A stretch of 64,000 nucleotides of DNA from Alphaproteobacteria bacterium UBA6324. Lineage in GTDB: Bacteria > Pseudomonadota > Alphaproteobacteria > CAAGCB01 > CAG-977. Both the position numbers and the translations under genes were made by a program. The first letter of the stretch is position 1, and each line of letters starts with the position of its first letter. Positions 8,182 to 16,780 of this stretch are shown in pieces. The notes under the pieces were generated by a model. That model made no database searches. It was given only the letters and a program-made list of their open reading frames with translations, and was not told the DNA's origin. The DNA is taken from assembly GCA_002439085.1 (NCBI GenBank), contig DJSW01000009.1:42192-106191 (forward strand). Reading direction: 5' to 3'.

Positions 8182-8688
8182 TTATTTTTTGACCGAAACA
8201 TCCGCTTCAATCACGGCGGGCAACTGATCCAGCGCGTCATAGGATTCCAGCCGTCCGACGGGAACGCCGGCCGCGGGCAGCATCGGCGCGTCCGTCGTCA
8301 CGCCCGCGGGGGTCGGCCCGAACATCAGGCACAGCGCGTTGTTGCGCGGCATCAGGGCGACTTCACCCGCGCGATAAGCGCGCCTTTCGGGAACGCCCTG
8401 AACCTTTGATGCCGCTTTTTCGGGCAGGGGCGCGAAATACATTCCGTCGCCGCGGCGGCTCATCACCAGTTTTTTGGGCAGGGTTTTCGCCAAAGCGCGC
8501 GCCGCTTTGTTGTCGTACAGACGCAGAGTGAACACGGTGCTTTCCACCGTCAAAACGACGGGCGGCAAATCGGCGGCGACAACATCGCCGGCGCGTTCCA
8601 TACGGGAAACTTCGATATGTTCGTCAACGGCGATCGCAACGATCCCGATCGCAAACACCAGCAGAATGATCAGAAAGATTTTTTTCAT
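8182..8688 (-). CDS. Signal-anchored cyclophilin-like-fold (DUF369-type) protein.
   Basis: Starts MKKIFLIILLVFAIGIVA. GGAGG SD upstream of the ATG at 8688. Residues ...LRLYDNKAARALAKTLP... resemble the cyclophilin-like family. The longer track ORF start lacks an RBS. Confidence 0.5.
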   Translation of the reverse strand: MKKIFLIILLVFAIGIVAIAVDEHIEVSRMERAGDVVAADLPPVVLTVESTVFTLRLYDNKAARALAKTLPKKLVMSRRGDGMYFAPLPEKAASKVQGVPERRAYRAGEVALMPRNNALCLMFGPTPAGVTTDAPMLPAAGVPVGRLESYDALDQLPAVIEADVSVKK

Positions 8689-8806
8689 CGGCCGCGTTCC
8701 TCCGACAAAGCGAAAAACTGTTCGGGATTTTCCATAAAAGAGGGGGCGCGTCAATAAAAAAAAGCCCCCTTTCGCGTGAAAGAAGGCTTTTTTTTATCAA
8801 AACGTC

Positions 8807-9442
8807 TTATTCGATGCAGCAATCGACCGCTTTGCGTACAAACGCTTTCATTTTCGACAGCGCGGAGGCGGGCTTTTCGCCGTCGGCCGGTTCGGCGGCG
8901 ACGACCGTTTCCGCGGGGGCGGCGTCGGATTTTTCCGCCGCGGGCGTGATGTCCGCCTGTTCCAGTTTTTCTGAAATCTTCGCCATGTCTTCGCGTTTAT
9001 CTTCGATCCACTTGACATCCGCCGTGTCCAGCATATTCATGTTCAGTCCCCAGAACAGGCAGTAGAGTTCATAGGCGTGGTTGAACAGTTTGTACGCGTC
9101 TTCGCGGTGGCCGAGGCTTTGCTGTTTCGTGCCGACTTCCATCAACCGCATCGCCGACGCCAACAGGTGTTTGGAAATGCACCAAACTTCGCCTTCGTAC
9201 TGCGGAATGACCTTTTGCATCAGGGTCTTGCGCAGTTCGCGGACTTCCTCGATCAGGTCGTAGAACGAGTTTTTACCCGTTTTTGCGCCGCTGAACACCA
9301 GATGCTCCTCGATCGAAATCAGGTTCATGATCGCGATCGTCAGATCCTGATCCGACGACAGGTCTTTGGGGTTGACTTTTTTCGTCGCGTCGATTCGCTC
9401 GACGAATTCCTGAACGTCTTTCGCTTTTTTCATTGTGAACAC
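8807..9442 (-). CDS. Hypothetical cytoplasmic protein ending in ...VDCCIE.
   Basis: AAGGAG SD 9 nt upstream of the ATG. The start lies 3 bp after the stop of the upstream membrane protein. Confidence 0.55.
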   Translation of the reverse strand: MFTMKKAKDVQEFVERIDATKKVNPKDLSSDQDLTIAIMNLISIEEHLVFSGAKTGKNSFYDLIEEVRELRKTLMQKVIPQYEGEVWCISKHLLASAMRLMEVGTKQQSLGHREDAYKLFNHAYELYCLFWGLNMNMLDTADVKWIEDKREDMAKISEKLEQADITPAAEKSDAAPAETVVAAEPADGEKPASALSKMKAFVRKAVDCCIE

Positions 9443-9445
9443 TCC

Positions 9446-9967
9446 TTAGAACATCAACAGGTCGGGGTAATAGTTCAGCGCGACGCTGACCAAAACCAGA
9501 ACAACGACGGGCAGAACAACCTTTTCAAACGGGAAATGCGCGTGGCCGCCGTTGCGCGCTTTCATCCAAAAATACAGCTTTTCCGTATAGATGAACAGCA
9601 ACGCGCCCGCCAGCGTCCAGAACAGGAACGGATCCAGATACAGCACGAACAAAACCGGTTGCGGCACATACATCAAATCGCGCATATATATGAAGCCGAT
9701 GGATGACAGGGAAACAAGCATCAACAGAACGTCGCGCCCGTAAAAATGCCATTTCCTTTTATCAAACCACAAAATCAGCCAGTATCCCAGCAACGCCAAC
9801 AGCGCGCCCGCCCACAACCCGACAATGTTGTCGGCGACGCCGATCGCCCGCGCGATTTCCAACGACGCGCCGATCGCCACCGTGCAGACCGCGCACGCGG
9901 GATTCGCCAACGCCGGTTTCGCGGCGACGCCCAAAACGGCCAAGATCATTAAAAACAGTTTTTTCAT
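9446..9967 (-). CDS. Polytopic membrane protein with an N-terminal signal peptide and a CAVC motif.
   Basis: MKKLFLMILAVLGVAAKPALANPACAVCTV... followed by several TM helices. GGAGG SD 8 nt upstream of ATG 9967. Confidence 0.55.
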   Translation of the reverse strand: MKKLFLMILAVLGVAAKPALANPACAVCTVAIGASLEIARAIGVADNIVGLWAGALLALLGYWLILWFDKRKWHFYGRDVLLMLVSLSSIGFIYMRDLMYVPQPVLFVLYLDPFLFWTLAGALLFIYTEKLYFWMKARNGGHAHFPFEKVVLPVVVLVLVSVALNYYPDLLMF

Positions 9968-10094
9968 TCCGATACCTCCGACATACATATCAAAAACAAT
10001 ATGTATCATAATAGATATATATCAAACTTGTCAACAATTATGTTGGAAAGTTTTCCCTTTTTTGCTAGGTTAGAAAAAAAACGGGGGTTTGACA

Positions 10095-10715
10095 ATGCAA
10101 AAACAGTTGGATATCGCAACGATGGAAAAAGCGGTGCAAGGCGTGTACGACATCGCCCACCCCGTCCGGCTGCGCATTTTGGAATTTCTGGACGTCAACG
10201 GCGCGTCGTCGGTGTCGGCGATCGCGGACGGCATCGGTGAAGACCGGCTGACCGTGTCGCAAAGCTTGAAAAAAATGCGCGACGCGGAATTGGTGAAAAC
10301 GCGGCGCAAGGGCGTGTTCATCTATTATGAATTGAACGGCGATTATCCCGCCGGTCTGTTCGTGTGCGCGCGCAAGCTGTACGGGTATATGACGGACGAT
10401 TTTTCGTATTTGATCGACGGATGCAAAAAAATTCTGCCGCGTGATTTTACGACGATGACCGCCAACCACATCAAACTGTTCGCCCATATCGACAAAATGC
10501 GGATTCTGGAATGCCTGACACTGTTCGGAGAATGTTGCGTTTCCGACATCGTCGAAAAGACGGGCATTGATCAAATCAAAGTGTCGCAGTATTTGAAACG
10601 GATGCGCGACAACGGATTCGTCACGGCGCGCAGGGACGGACGGTTTGTTTTTTACAATATCACGGACGGCATTCACAAAACGGTCGTCAAGTGTCTGCAC
10701 CGTCATTTCAGCTAA
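10095..10715 (+). CDS. Tandem-duplicated ArsR/SmtB-type winged-HTH regulator. The second repeat carries an ECCV Cys pair in the metal-sensing helix position.
   Basis: Two ArsR-like repeats: HPVRLRILEFL...VSQSLKKMRDAELV and MRILECLTLFGECCVSDIVEKTG...VSQYLKRMRDNGFV. It is divergent from the membrane operon 9967->8807. Confidence 0.6.
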   Translation: MQKQLDIATMEKAVQGVYDIAHPVRLRILEFLDVNGASSVSAIADGIGEDRLTVSQSLKKMRDAELVKTRRKGVFIYYELNGDYPAGLFVCARKLYGYMTDDFSYLIDGCKKILPRDFTTMTANHIKLFAHIDKMRILECLTLFGECCVSDIVEKTGIDQIKVSQYLKRMRDNGFVTARRDGRFVFYNITDGIHKTVVKCLHRHFS

Positions 10716-10726
10716 CCTTTTTCCGG

Positions 10727-10757
10727 CTTGTTTCGCGGCGGTTTCGGGCTATAATGC
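10727..10757 (+). promoter_or_regulatory. Putative sigma70 promoter for gene 10795..11673.
   Basis: cTTGTTTcgcggcggtttcgggcTATAATg with 16-nt spacing. AAAGGA SD lies before the ATG at 10795. Confidence 0.35.
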
Positions 10758-10794
10758 GGCTGTCTTTTGATTTTTTTATGAAAGGATTTGCGAT

Positions 10795-11673
10795 ATGGCC
10801 ACGACAACGACGGGCGAGGAGTACAAGCTGCTGCATTCCACGCCGAAACTGGTGAAAATGGCGAAACTGTTTTCCCTGATCTGGATTCTGGCGGTGACGG
10901 TTCCCGCGCTTTATTTCGTTTCCGAATACGCGCAAAGCTTGAAAGAATACGCGGTCGTTCGGGCGGTCGGCGAAGCGAACGGCGTTCTGAGCGAGCAGTA
11001 CGACGCTTTTTCCGGCAAAGTGCTGAAAAGCGTTGACGTGAGCAAATACACCGCGAAAATCAAAGTGCCGGAGGTCAAGCTGGACAAGCAGGCGGCGCAA
11101 ATTGAAAAAACGACCAAAAAGACCAAGGACATCGCGTCCAAACTGGCCAAGCTGGGCGTCAAAGAGGCCGCCAAGGTCGAAAATTCGGCCGATATGCTGC
11201 AAAAACAGGTGGATAAGGTCAACAAACAGCTGAAAACGGCGACGGACGATTTGAAAACCGCTTTGAACAAAAGCGTGCAGGACGGGTTGAAAAAGGAAAT
11301 CGCGTCGCTGGCGGAAACGCAAATTCAAAAACAGCTGGCGCTGAGCGATTCGTCGTATAAAAAGCTGTCGGCCGGCAAATACGGTTTGACATCCGAATCC
11401 GGCCGCGCGGCGACCGCGACGATTTACAGGGAATTGGCGAAAAACAAAAAAGGCGTGTTTGCCGATGTCGTCAAAACCGTCGATAAAAACTTTCGTTACG
11501 GGTACTGGACGGTTTTGGCGTTGGTGCTGATCGTGTCCCTGATCCCGCCGTTCATCGTGACGAAGCTGGCAAAGAAATTTTCGGCGTTCTACACCCAATG
11601 CCCGTATTGCCAGAAGGTCTTCGTTTCCAAGAAAAACGCCTTTAACATCTTGAAAGTGTTGAAATTCTGGTAA
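10795..11673 (+). CDS. Hypothetical membrane protein with an internal coiled-coil region and a C-terminal CPYC motif.
   Basis: Two predicted TM segments (LFSLIWILAVTVPALYF and YWTVLALVLIVSLIPPFIV) and a Lys/Ala-rich helical middle. Preceded by a promoter and RBS. Confidence 0.6.
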   Translation: MATTTTGEEYKLLHSTPKLVKMAKLFSLIWILAVTVPALYFVSEYAQSLKEYAVVRAVGEANGVLSEQYDAFSGKVLKSVDVSKYTAKIKVPEVKLDKQAAQIEKTTKKTKDIASKLAKLGVKEAAKVENSADMLQKQVDKVNKQLKTATDDLKTALNKSVQDGLKKEIASLAETQIQKQLALSDSSYKKLSAGKYGLTSESGRAATATIYRELAKNKKGVFADVVKTVDKNFRYGYWTVLALVLIVSLIPPFIVTKLAKKFSAFYTQCPYCQKVFVSKKNAFNILKVLKFW

Positions 11674-11823
11674 TGACGTTGGGCAAACGTCGGACACCTG
11701 TGCCAACGCGTCAAAAAACAGCATTGTCGCCAAAGGCGTGAAAAGCGAATCGGTGAAAAGAAACGGACAAAGAAAAACGGGACTGTTTCCAGTCCCGTTT
11801 TTCCGTTTCCGATGAATTAAAAA

Positions 11824-12855
11824 TTACTTGTTGAGGACGGAGTTGATCGTCTTTCCGTTCAGGAACGAAACAATGCTGTCGTCCGCCGTTTTCAAAATAC
11901 GGTGCACGGCGTCAATCGAATTGAATGCGACGTGCGGCGTAATGATCACGTTCTTTAATTGAAGCATACGCAAATTTATCAAAGAACGCAACAGTGTATC
12001 TGATTCATGACGCTCGATTGCGGATAAATACAGGTCGTCGTGGATCAAAGGCGATTCGTATTCCAACACATCCAGCCCCGCGCCGTACACTTTTCCGCTC
12101 GACAACGCTTTGTACAACGCTTCGGTGTCGATCAATTCGCCGCGGGCGGTGTTGATGACGACGACGCCTTGTTTCATTTTCGCAAATGCCGAGTCGTCCA
12201 ACAGGTGGTAGTTTTCCTTGGTCAGCGGGCAATGCAGGGTGATGATGTCCGATTGCGTCAGCAATTCGTCCAACGAAACGTATTTGAAACCGTATTCGGC
12301 GGCGAATTTTTCGTTGGGATACGGGTCGAACGCCAGCAGGGTCATGTCAAAGCTTTTGGCGATTTTGGCGACATAGCGGCCGATCGCGCCCGTGCCGATG
12401 ATGCCGATCGTGCGGCCGCGCAGATCGAATCCCAGATAACGATCGGTGCTGACATGGCTTTCCTGAACGGCGCGGAAAGAACGGCTGATTTTGCGGGTCA
12501 CGTCAATCAACAGGCCGAACGTGTATTCCGCAACCGTCGAATCGCCGTAACCGGGGACGTTCGTGACTTCGATGCCGTGTTCGCGGCAATAAGCCAGATC
12601 GACGTTGTTGAAACCCGTCGAACGCAAAGCGACCAGCTTCAGGTTCGGGAATTGGGACAAAACGCGCGCGCCGACATCAACGGCGTGGACGAACACGGAA
12701 ATAACGTCCGCGTCGGCGACGGTTTTCAATTCGTCCTCGGTCAGGTCGGACGGGCTTTTTTCCATGAAAACGATTTGCGCGTCAACCGGCAGGGGATTCT
12801 TTTTGTAATAATCGCGGGCGATTTCCGAAACATTGAAGTAAACGATTTTTGTCAT
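11824..12855 (-). CDS. D-isomer-specific 2-hydroxyacid dehydrogenase (D-lactate dehydrogenase-like).
   Basis: GIIGTGAIGRYVA NAD-binding motif and a typical D-2-HADH catalytic region. AAAGGAG SD. Confidence 0.85.
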   Translation of the reverse strand: MTKIVYFNVSEIARDYYKKNPLPVDAQIVFMEKSPSDLTEDELKTVADADVISVFVHAVDVGARVLSQFPNLKLVALRSTGFNNVDLAYCREHGIEVTNVPGYGDSTVAEYTFGLLIDVTRKISRSFRAVQESHVSTDRYLGFDLRGRTIGIIGTGAIGRYVAKIAKSFDMTLLAFDPYPNEKFAAEYGFKYVSLDELLTQSDIITLHCPLTKENYHLLDDSAFAKMKQGVVVINTARGELIDTEALYKALSSGKVYGAGLDVLEYESPLIHDDLYLSAIERHESDTLLRSLINLRMLQLKNVIITPHVAFNSIDAVHRILKTADDSIVSFLNGKTINSVLNK

Positions 12856-12933
12856 TGAAGCACTCCTTTGAATGTACGCGAATGATATAGCGCGTTTGGC
12901 GGAAAAATCAATAGTCCGTTTGACGATACGCGG

Positions 12934-14151
12934 TCATTCCTGCCGGTATCCCGCCAAAAATTCCTTCAGCCGGAGCAACGCTTTTTCCAAATCGTCCGTG
13001 CGCGGCAGGAAAACGACGCGGAAATGATCCGGTTTGTCCCAGTTGAAACCCGTTCCGTTGACCAGCAGAATCCGTTTTTCCATCAACAGATCCAAAACGA
13101 ATTTCTGGTCGTCGTAAATGTTGAACTTTTCCGTGTCGATTTTAGGGAACATATACAGCGATCCCTTGGCTTTGACGCACGAAATCCCCGGAATGTCGTT
13201 CAGTAGCTTGTGGCACAGGGTGCGCTGTTCGTACAGCCTCCCCCCCGGTTTGACCAGATCGTTGATGCTCTGGTATCCGCCCAGCGCCGTTTGAATCGCG
13301 TATTGCCCCGGAACGTTGGAACACAGCCGCATATTGGCCAGCAGATCCAACCCGTCGATATAGTCTTCGGCCATTTTCTTGTTGCCGCTCAACACCATCC
13401 ACGCGGCGCGGAACCCGCAGGCGCGGTAGTTTTTGGACAATCCGTTGTAGGTGATGCAAAACGTGTCGTGAATCAACGACGCCAGCGACGTGTGCGTTGC
13501 GCCGTCGTACAAAATCTTGTCGTAGATTTCGTCGCAGAAAACGGCCAGCTTGTGCTTTTCGGCGATGGCGGCGATTTTTTCCAGCACTTCCTTAGGGTAA
13601 ACGGCGCCTGTGGGGTTGTTCGGGTTGATGACGACGATGCCCTTTGTCTTGGGCGTGATCTTGCTTTCCAGATCGTCCAGATCGGGATACCATTCGGATT
13701 GTTCGTCGCAAACGTAATGCACGGGTTTGCCGCCCGCCAGACAAATCGCCGCCGTCCACAGCGGATAGTCCGGCGCGGGGACGAGGATTTCGTCGCCGTT
13801 GTCCAAAAACGCTTCCATGCTGAGCAAAATCAGGTCGGAAACCCCGTTGCCCAGATAGATGTCGTTGATTTGGACGCCGTCGATCCCCTTTTGCTGGCAA
13901 TAGTGCATGACGGCCTTTCGCGCGGGAAAGATGCCCTTTGAATCCGAATATCCGTCGGCGAACGGCAGATTTAAAATCACGTCCTTGACGATTTCTTCGG
14001 GCGCGTTCAAATCGAAAACGGCGGGGTTGCCGATGTTCAGTTTCAGAATCTTGTATCCCGCTTCCTCCAGCTGGTTGGCGGCTTTCAGGACGGGGCCGCG
14101 GATTTCGTAGCGCACGCCGTTCAAACGCGATGATTTTTGGAATTCTTTCAT
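12934..14151 (-). CDS. alaA: PLP-dependent aminotransferase, alanine aminotransferase (AlaA-like).
   Basis: MKEFQKSSRLNGVRYEIRGPV...NIGNP...YSDSKG... shows AlaA-family motifs. AAGGAG SD 8 nt before ATG 14151. The track's longer N-terminal extension is Arg-rich junk. Confidence 0.8.
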   Translation of the reverse strand: MKEFQKSSRLNGVRYEIRGPVLKAANQLEEAGYKILKLNIGNPAVFDLNAPEEIVKDVILNLPFADGYSDSKGIFPARKAVMHYCQQKGIDGVQINDIYLGNGVSDLILLSMEAFLDNGDEILVPAPDYPLWTAAICLAGGKPVHYVCDEQSEWYPDLDDLESKITPKTKGIVVINPNNPTGAVYPKEVLEKIAAIAEKHKLAVFCDEIYDKILYDGATHTSLASLIHDTFCITYNGLSKNYRACGFRAAWMVLSGNKKMAEDYIDGLDLLANMRLCSNVPGQYAIQTALGGYQSINDLVKPGGRLYEQRTLCHKLLNDIPGISCVKAKGSLYMFPKIDTEKFNIYDDQKFVLDLLMEKRILLVNGTGFNWDKPDHFRVVFLPRTDDLEKALLRLKEFLAGYRQE

Positions 14152-14213
14152 TGACGAAACTCCTTGGTCGAATTTGCGGGCAGGATACCTCTTTGCGCCG
14201 GCGAAAGCAACCG

Positions 14214-15836
14214 TCATTCGGCGGTGTCGGGTTCGCTTTCGTCCGCCATGATCTTGTAGGCGCATCGCAGCCCGTCCGCGGCGGCCGACATGATCCCGCC
14301 CGCGTATCCCGCCCCTTCGCCGCACGGGTACAGCCCCGCGACGCTGACGCTTTGCAGCGATTCGGGGGAACGCAACATCCGGATCGGGGACGACGTGCGG
14401 GTTTCGGCCGCGGTCAAAATCGCGTCGTGAGCGGAAAAACACCGGATTTTGCGATCCATCTTTTTGAACCCCTCTTTCATCGTTTCGATGACATAGGGGG
14501 GCAGAACGGCGCGCATATCCGCCATTTCCACCCCCGGACGGTACGACGGGTTGACTTCGCCGAATTTGACGGTTTCCCGATCGCGCAGGAAATCAATGAC
14601 GCGCTGGACGGGCGCGCGGAACAAACCGCCGCCGGCGCGGAACGCGTTTTCTTCAATTTGGCGTTGAAATTCCATGCCGGCCAAAGGATGGTCGGAACCG
14701 AAATCGGCGGGCGTCACGTCCACCAGCAGCGCGCTGTTGGCGTTTTCGCCGTCGCGGGCGAACGTGCTCATCCCGTTTGTGACCAGTCGGCCGGCTTCGG
14801 ACGCCGCGGCGACGACCGTCCCCCCCGGACACATACAGAACGTGTAAAGCGACCGGCCGTTGTTCATGTGTACCGCCAGTTTGTAATCGGCGGGCCCCAG
14901 AACGGGGCGGGGTTTGACCATGCCGTATTGGCTTTTGTTGATGAAAGATTGCGGGTGTTCGATGCGCGCGCCGACGGCGAACGGCTTTTGAATCATTTGA
15001 ACGCCGCGTTCGTACAGCATTTCAAACGTGTCGCGCGCGCTGTGCCCGACGGCCAGAACGACGCAATCCGTCGCGATTTCCGCCGTTTCGCCCTGCGCGT
15101 TGACGGTTTTGACGCCGATCAGGCGGCCGTCCCTGATGATCAGGTCGGTCAGACGCGTTTCAAAACGGTATTCGCCGCCCGCCGCCATGATTTTGCGCCG
15201 CAGGTTGCCGACCATGTACCCCAGCTTGTCCGTTCCGATGTGCGGTTTCGCCAGATACAGGATTTCCGCGGGCGCGCCGGCGGCGACGAATTCCTGTAGC
15301 ACTTTGCGCGTCCACGCGTCCTTTTTGATGCCGGTCGTCAGCTTGCCGTCGGAAAAGGTTCCCGCGCCGCCTTCGCCGAACTGGACGTTTGAATTTTCGT
15401 TCAGCTCGCCGATTTTCCACAGCCGGTTGACATCCTTGCGCCGTTTGGAAACGGGTTTGCCGCGTTCCAGCAAAATCGGGTTCGCCCCCGCCTGTGCCAA
15501 AGCCAGACCGGCCATCAATCCGGCGGGACCCGTTCCGACGACGACGGGACGCGGGCGGTTGACGGCGCGCCACACGGGGGACGGCAGCGGTTCCGGTTCG
15601 TTCATGACGACAATGTCCTTGTACGGGCATTCGGCGGCGGCGGCGTTTTCATCGCCGTCCAAAAAAACGTCGAAAACGTACAGCAGGCACAGGTTTTCCT
15701 TTTTGCGGGCGTCAACGGATTTTTTCGCCACGCGCAGGGAAACGATGTTTTTGAAACCGGTCAGTTCCTCGATATAGGGTTTGAAATCGTCGGGAACGGC
15801 TTTGGGTCTGAATTTGACGTTGGATATTCTGATCAC
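14214..15836 (-). CDS. NAD(FAD)-utilizing dehydrogenase family protein (COG2509-like).
   Basis: VVVGTGPAGLMAGLALAQAG is an FAD-binding GxGxxG motif. GTG start with AAAGGA SD. Confidence 0.8.
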   Translation of the reverse strand: MIRISNVKFRPKAVPDDFKPYIEELTGFKNIVSLRVAKKSVDARKKENLCLLYVFDVFLDGDENAAAAECPYKDIVVMNEPEPLPSPVWRAVNRPRPVVVGTGPAGLMAGLALAQAGANPILLERGKPVSKRRKDVNRLWKIGELNENSNVQFGEGGAGTFSDGKLTTGIKKDAWTRKVLQEFVAAGAPAEILYLAKPHIGTDKLGYMVGNLRRKIMAAGGEYRFETRLTDLIIRDGRLIGVKTVNAQGETAEIATDCVVLAVGHSARDTFEMLYERGVQMIQKPFAVGARIEHPQSFINKSQYGMVKPRPVLGPADYKLAVHMNNGRSLYTFCMCPGGTVVAAASEAGRLVTNGMSTFARDGENANSALLVDVTPADFGSDHPLAGMEFQRQIEENAFRAGGGLFRAPVQRVIDFLRDRETVKFGEVNPSYRPGVEMADMRAVLPPYVIETMKEGFKKMDRKIRCFSAHDAILTAAETRTSSPIRMLRSPESLQSVSVAGLYPCGEGAGYAGGIMSAAADGLRCAYKIMADESEPDTAE

Positions 15837-15849
15837 GGCGCGCAGTCCT

Positions 15850-16323
15850 TTAGAGGTTGTTGTTGTTCAAATCGGCGGTGCAATGCGGGCATTTGACGGC
15901 ATGGGCGGGAATGTCCGAACAGCAGAACGGGCAGGTTTTCGTCGCGGGTTCCGCGGCGTCGGCGCTCAGCCGGTCGCGCAGGGTGTTCATCGCCTTGACC
16001 AGCAGAAAAACGGCGAAAGCGACGATCGCGAAGCTGATCACCGCGTTTAAAAAATTTCCGACGTTCAGCGTCACGGCGCCGGCGTTTTGCGCGGCCTGCG
16101 CCGAAACGTAGGGGGCGGCGGGCGTTCCATCCTTTAACACGAAATACAGGTTGGCAAAGTCGATTTTTCCCAAAACCAGCCCCAAGGGCGGCATCAATAT
16201 GTCCTTGACCAGCGAATCCACGATTTTCGTGAACGCCGCGCCGATGATGATGCCGACCGCCATATCCATGACATTGCCGCGCACTGCGAATTTTTTAAAT
16301 TCGGACAAAATGCTTTTAATCAC
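15850..16323 (-). CDS. mscL: Large-conductance mechanosensitive channel MscL with a C-terminal CxxC-x11-CxxC zinc-ribbon tail.
   Basis: N-terminus MIKSILSEFKKFAVRGNVMDMAVGIIIGAAFTKIV..MPPLGL is classic MscL. The C-terminus is TKTCPFCCSDIPAHAVKCPHCTADL. GTG start with AAGGGGGG SD. Confidence 0.85.
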   Translation of the reverse strand: MIKSILSEFKKFAVRGNVMDMAVGIIIGAAFTKIVDSLVKDILMPPLGLVLGKIDFANLYFVLKDGTPAAPYVSAQAAQNAGAVTLNVGNFLNAVISFAIVAFAVFLLVKAMNTLRDRLSADAAEPATKTCPFCCSDIPAHAVKCPHCTADLNNNNL

Positions 16324-16399
16324 GTTTTTCCCCCCTTGAATCCTTATTGTTTCGGGACACGCTATTTCTACCCCGTAAACTCCGCGCGATCAAGACCGA

Positions 16400-16432
16400 T
16401 GAAAAACAATTTGCGGTTTCGGGCTGACGCGC
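16400..16432 (+). promoter_or_regulatory. Putative sigma70 promoter in the 167-nt leader upstream of the hydrogenase-regulator/hydG operon.
   Basis: TTGCGGtttcgggctgacgcgcTATAGT with 16-nt spacing. Confidence 0.3.
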
Positions 16433-16490
16433 TATAGTGAAACCGTTCTGAGGCCAAAGGTTCGTCCTGCGGTTCAAGAAAGGAAACACA

Positions 16491-16733
16491 ATGGAAACAA
16501 GAGTCGCTTTGATCGGCATCGTTGTCGAAAATCCCGAATCCGTGATGACGCTGAACGCTTTGCTGCACGAATACGGCGCATACATCATCGGACGCATGGG
16601 CATCCCTTATCACAAACGCGGGATCAGCATCATCAGCGTGGCTATGGACGCCCCGCCCGACGTGATCAGCGCGCTGGCCGGAAAGCTGGGAATGCTGGAC
16701 GGCGTTTCGACGAAAACCGTTTATTCAAAATGA
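16491..16733 (+). CDS. TM1266-family small ACT-like 'iron-only hydrogenase system regulator'.
   Basis: 80 aa, METRVALIGIVVENPESVMTLNALLHEYGAYIIGRMGIPY...ISVAMDAPPDVISALAGKLG, typical of the HydG/HydE-associated TM1266 family. AAAGGAA SD. Overlaps the next gene by 4 bp. Confidence 0.6.
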   Translation: METRVALIGIVVENPESVMTLNALLHEYGAYIIGRMGIPYHKRGISIISVAMDAPPDVISALAGKLGMLDGVSTKTVYSK

Positions 16734-16780
16734 CATGGCTGACGGGCAGGGCGCGTCCCGACCCGAAAGGAGATAAAATA

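Noticed and set aside
12040-15299. + strand ORFs 12040..12858, 13210..13941 and 14130..15299.
   Set aside because: They are antisense to the well-supported ldhA-like, alaA-like and FAD-oxidoreductase genes and have no independent signals.
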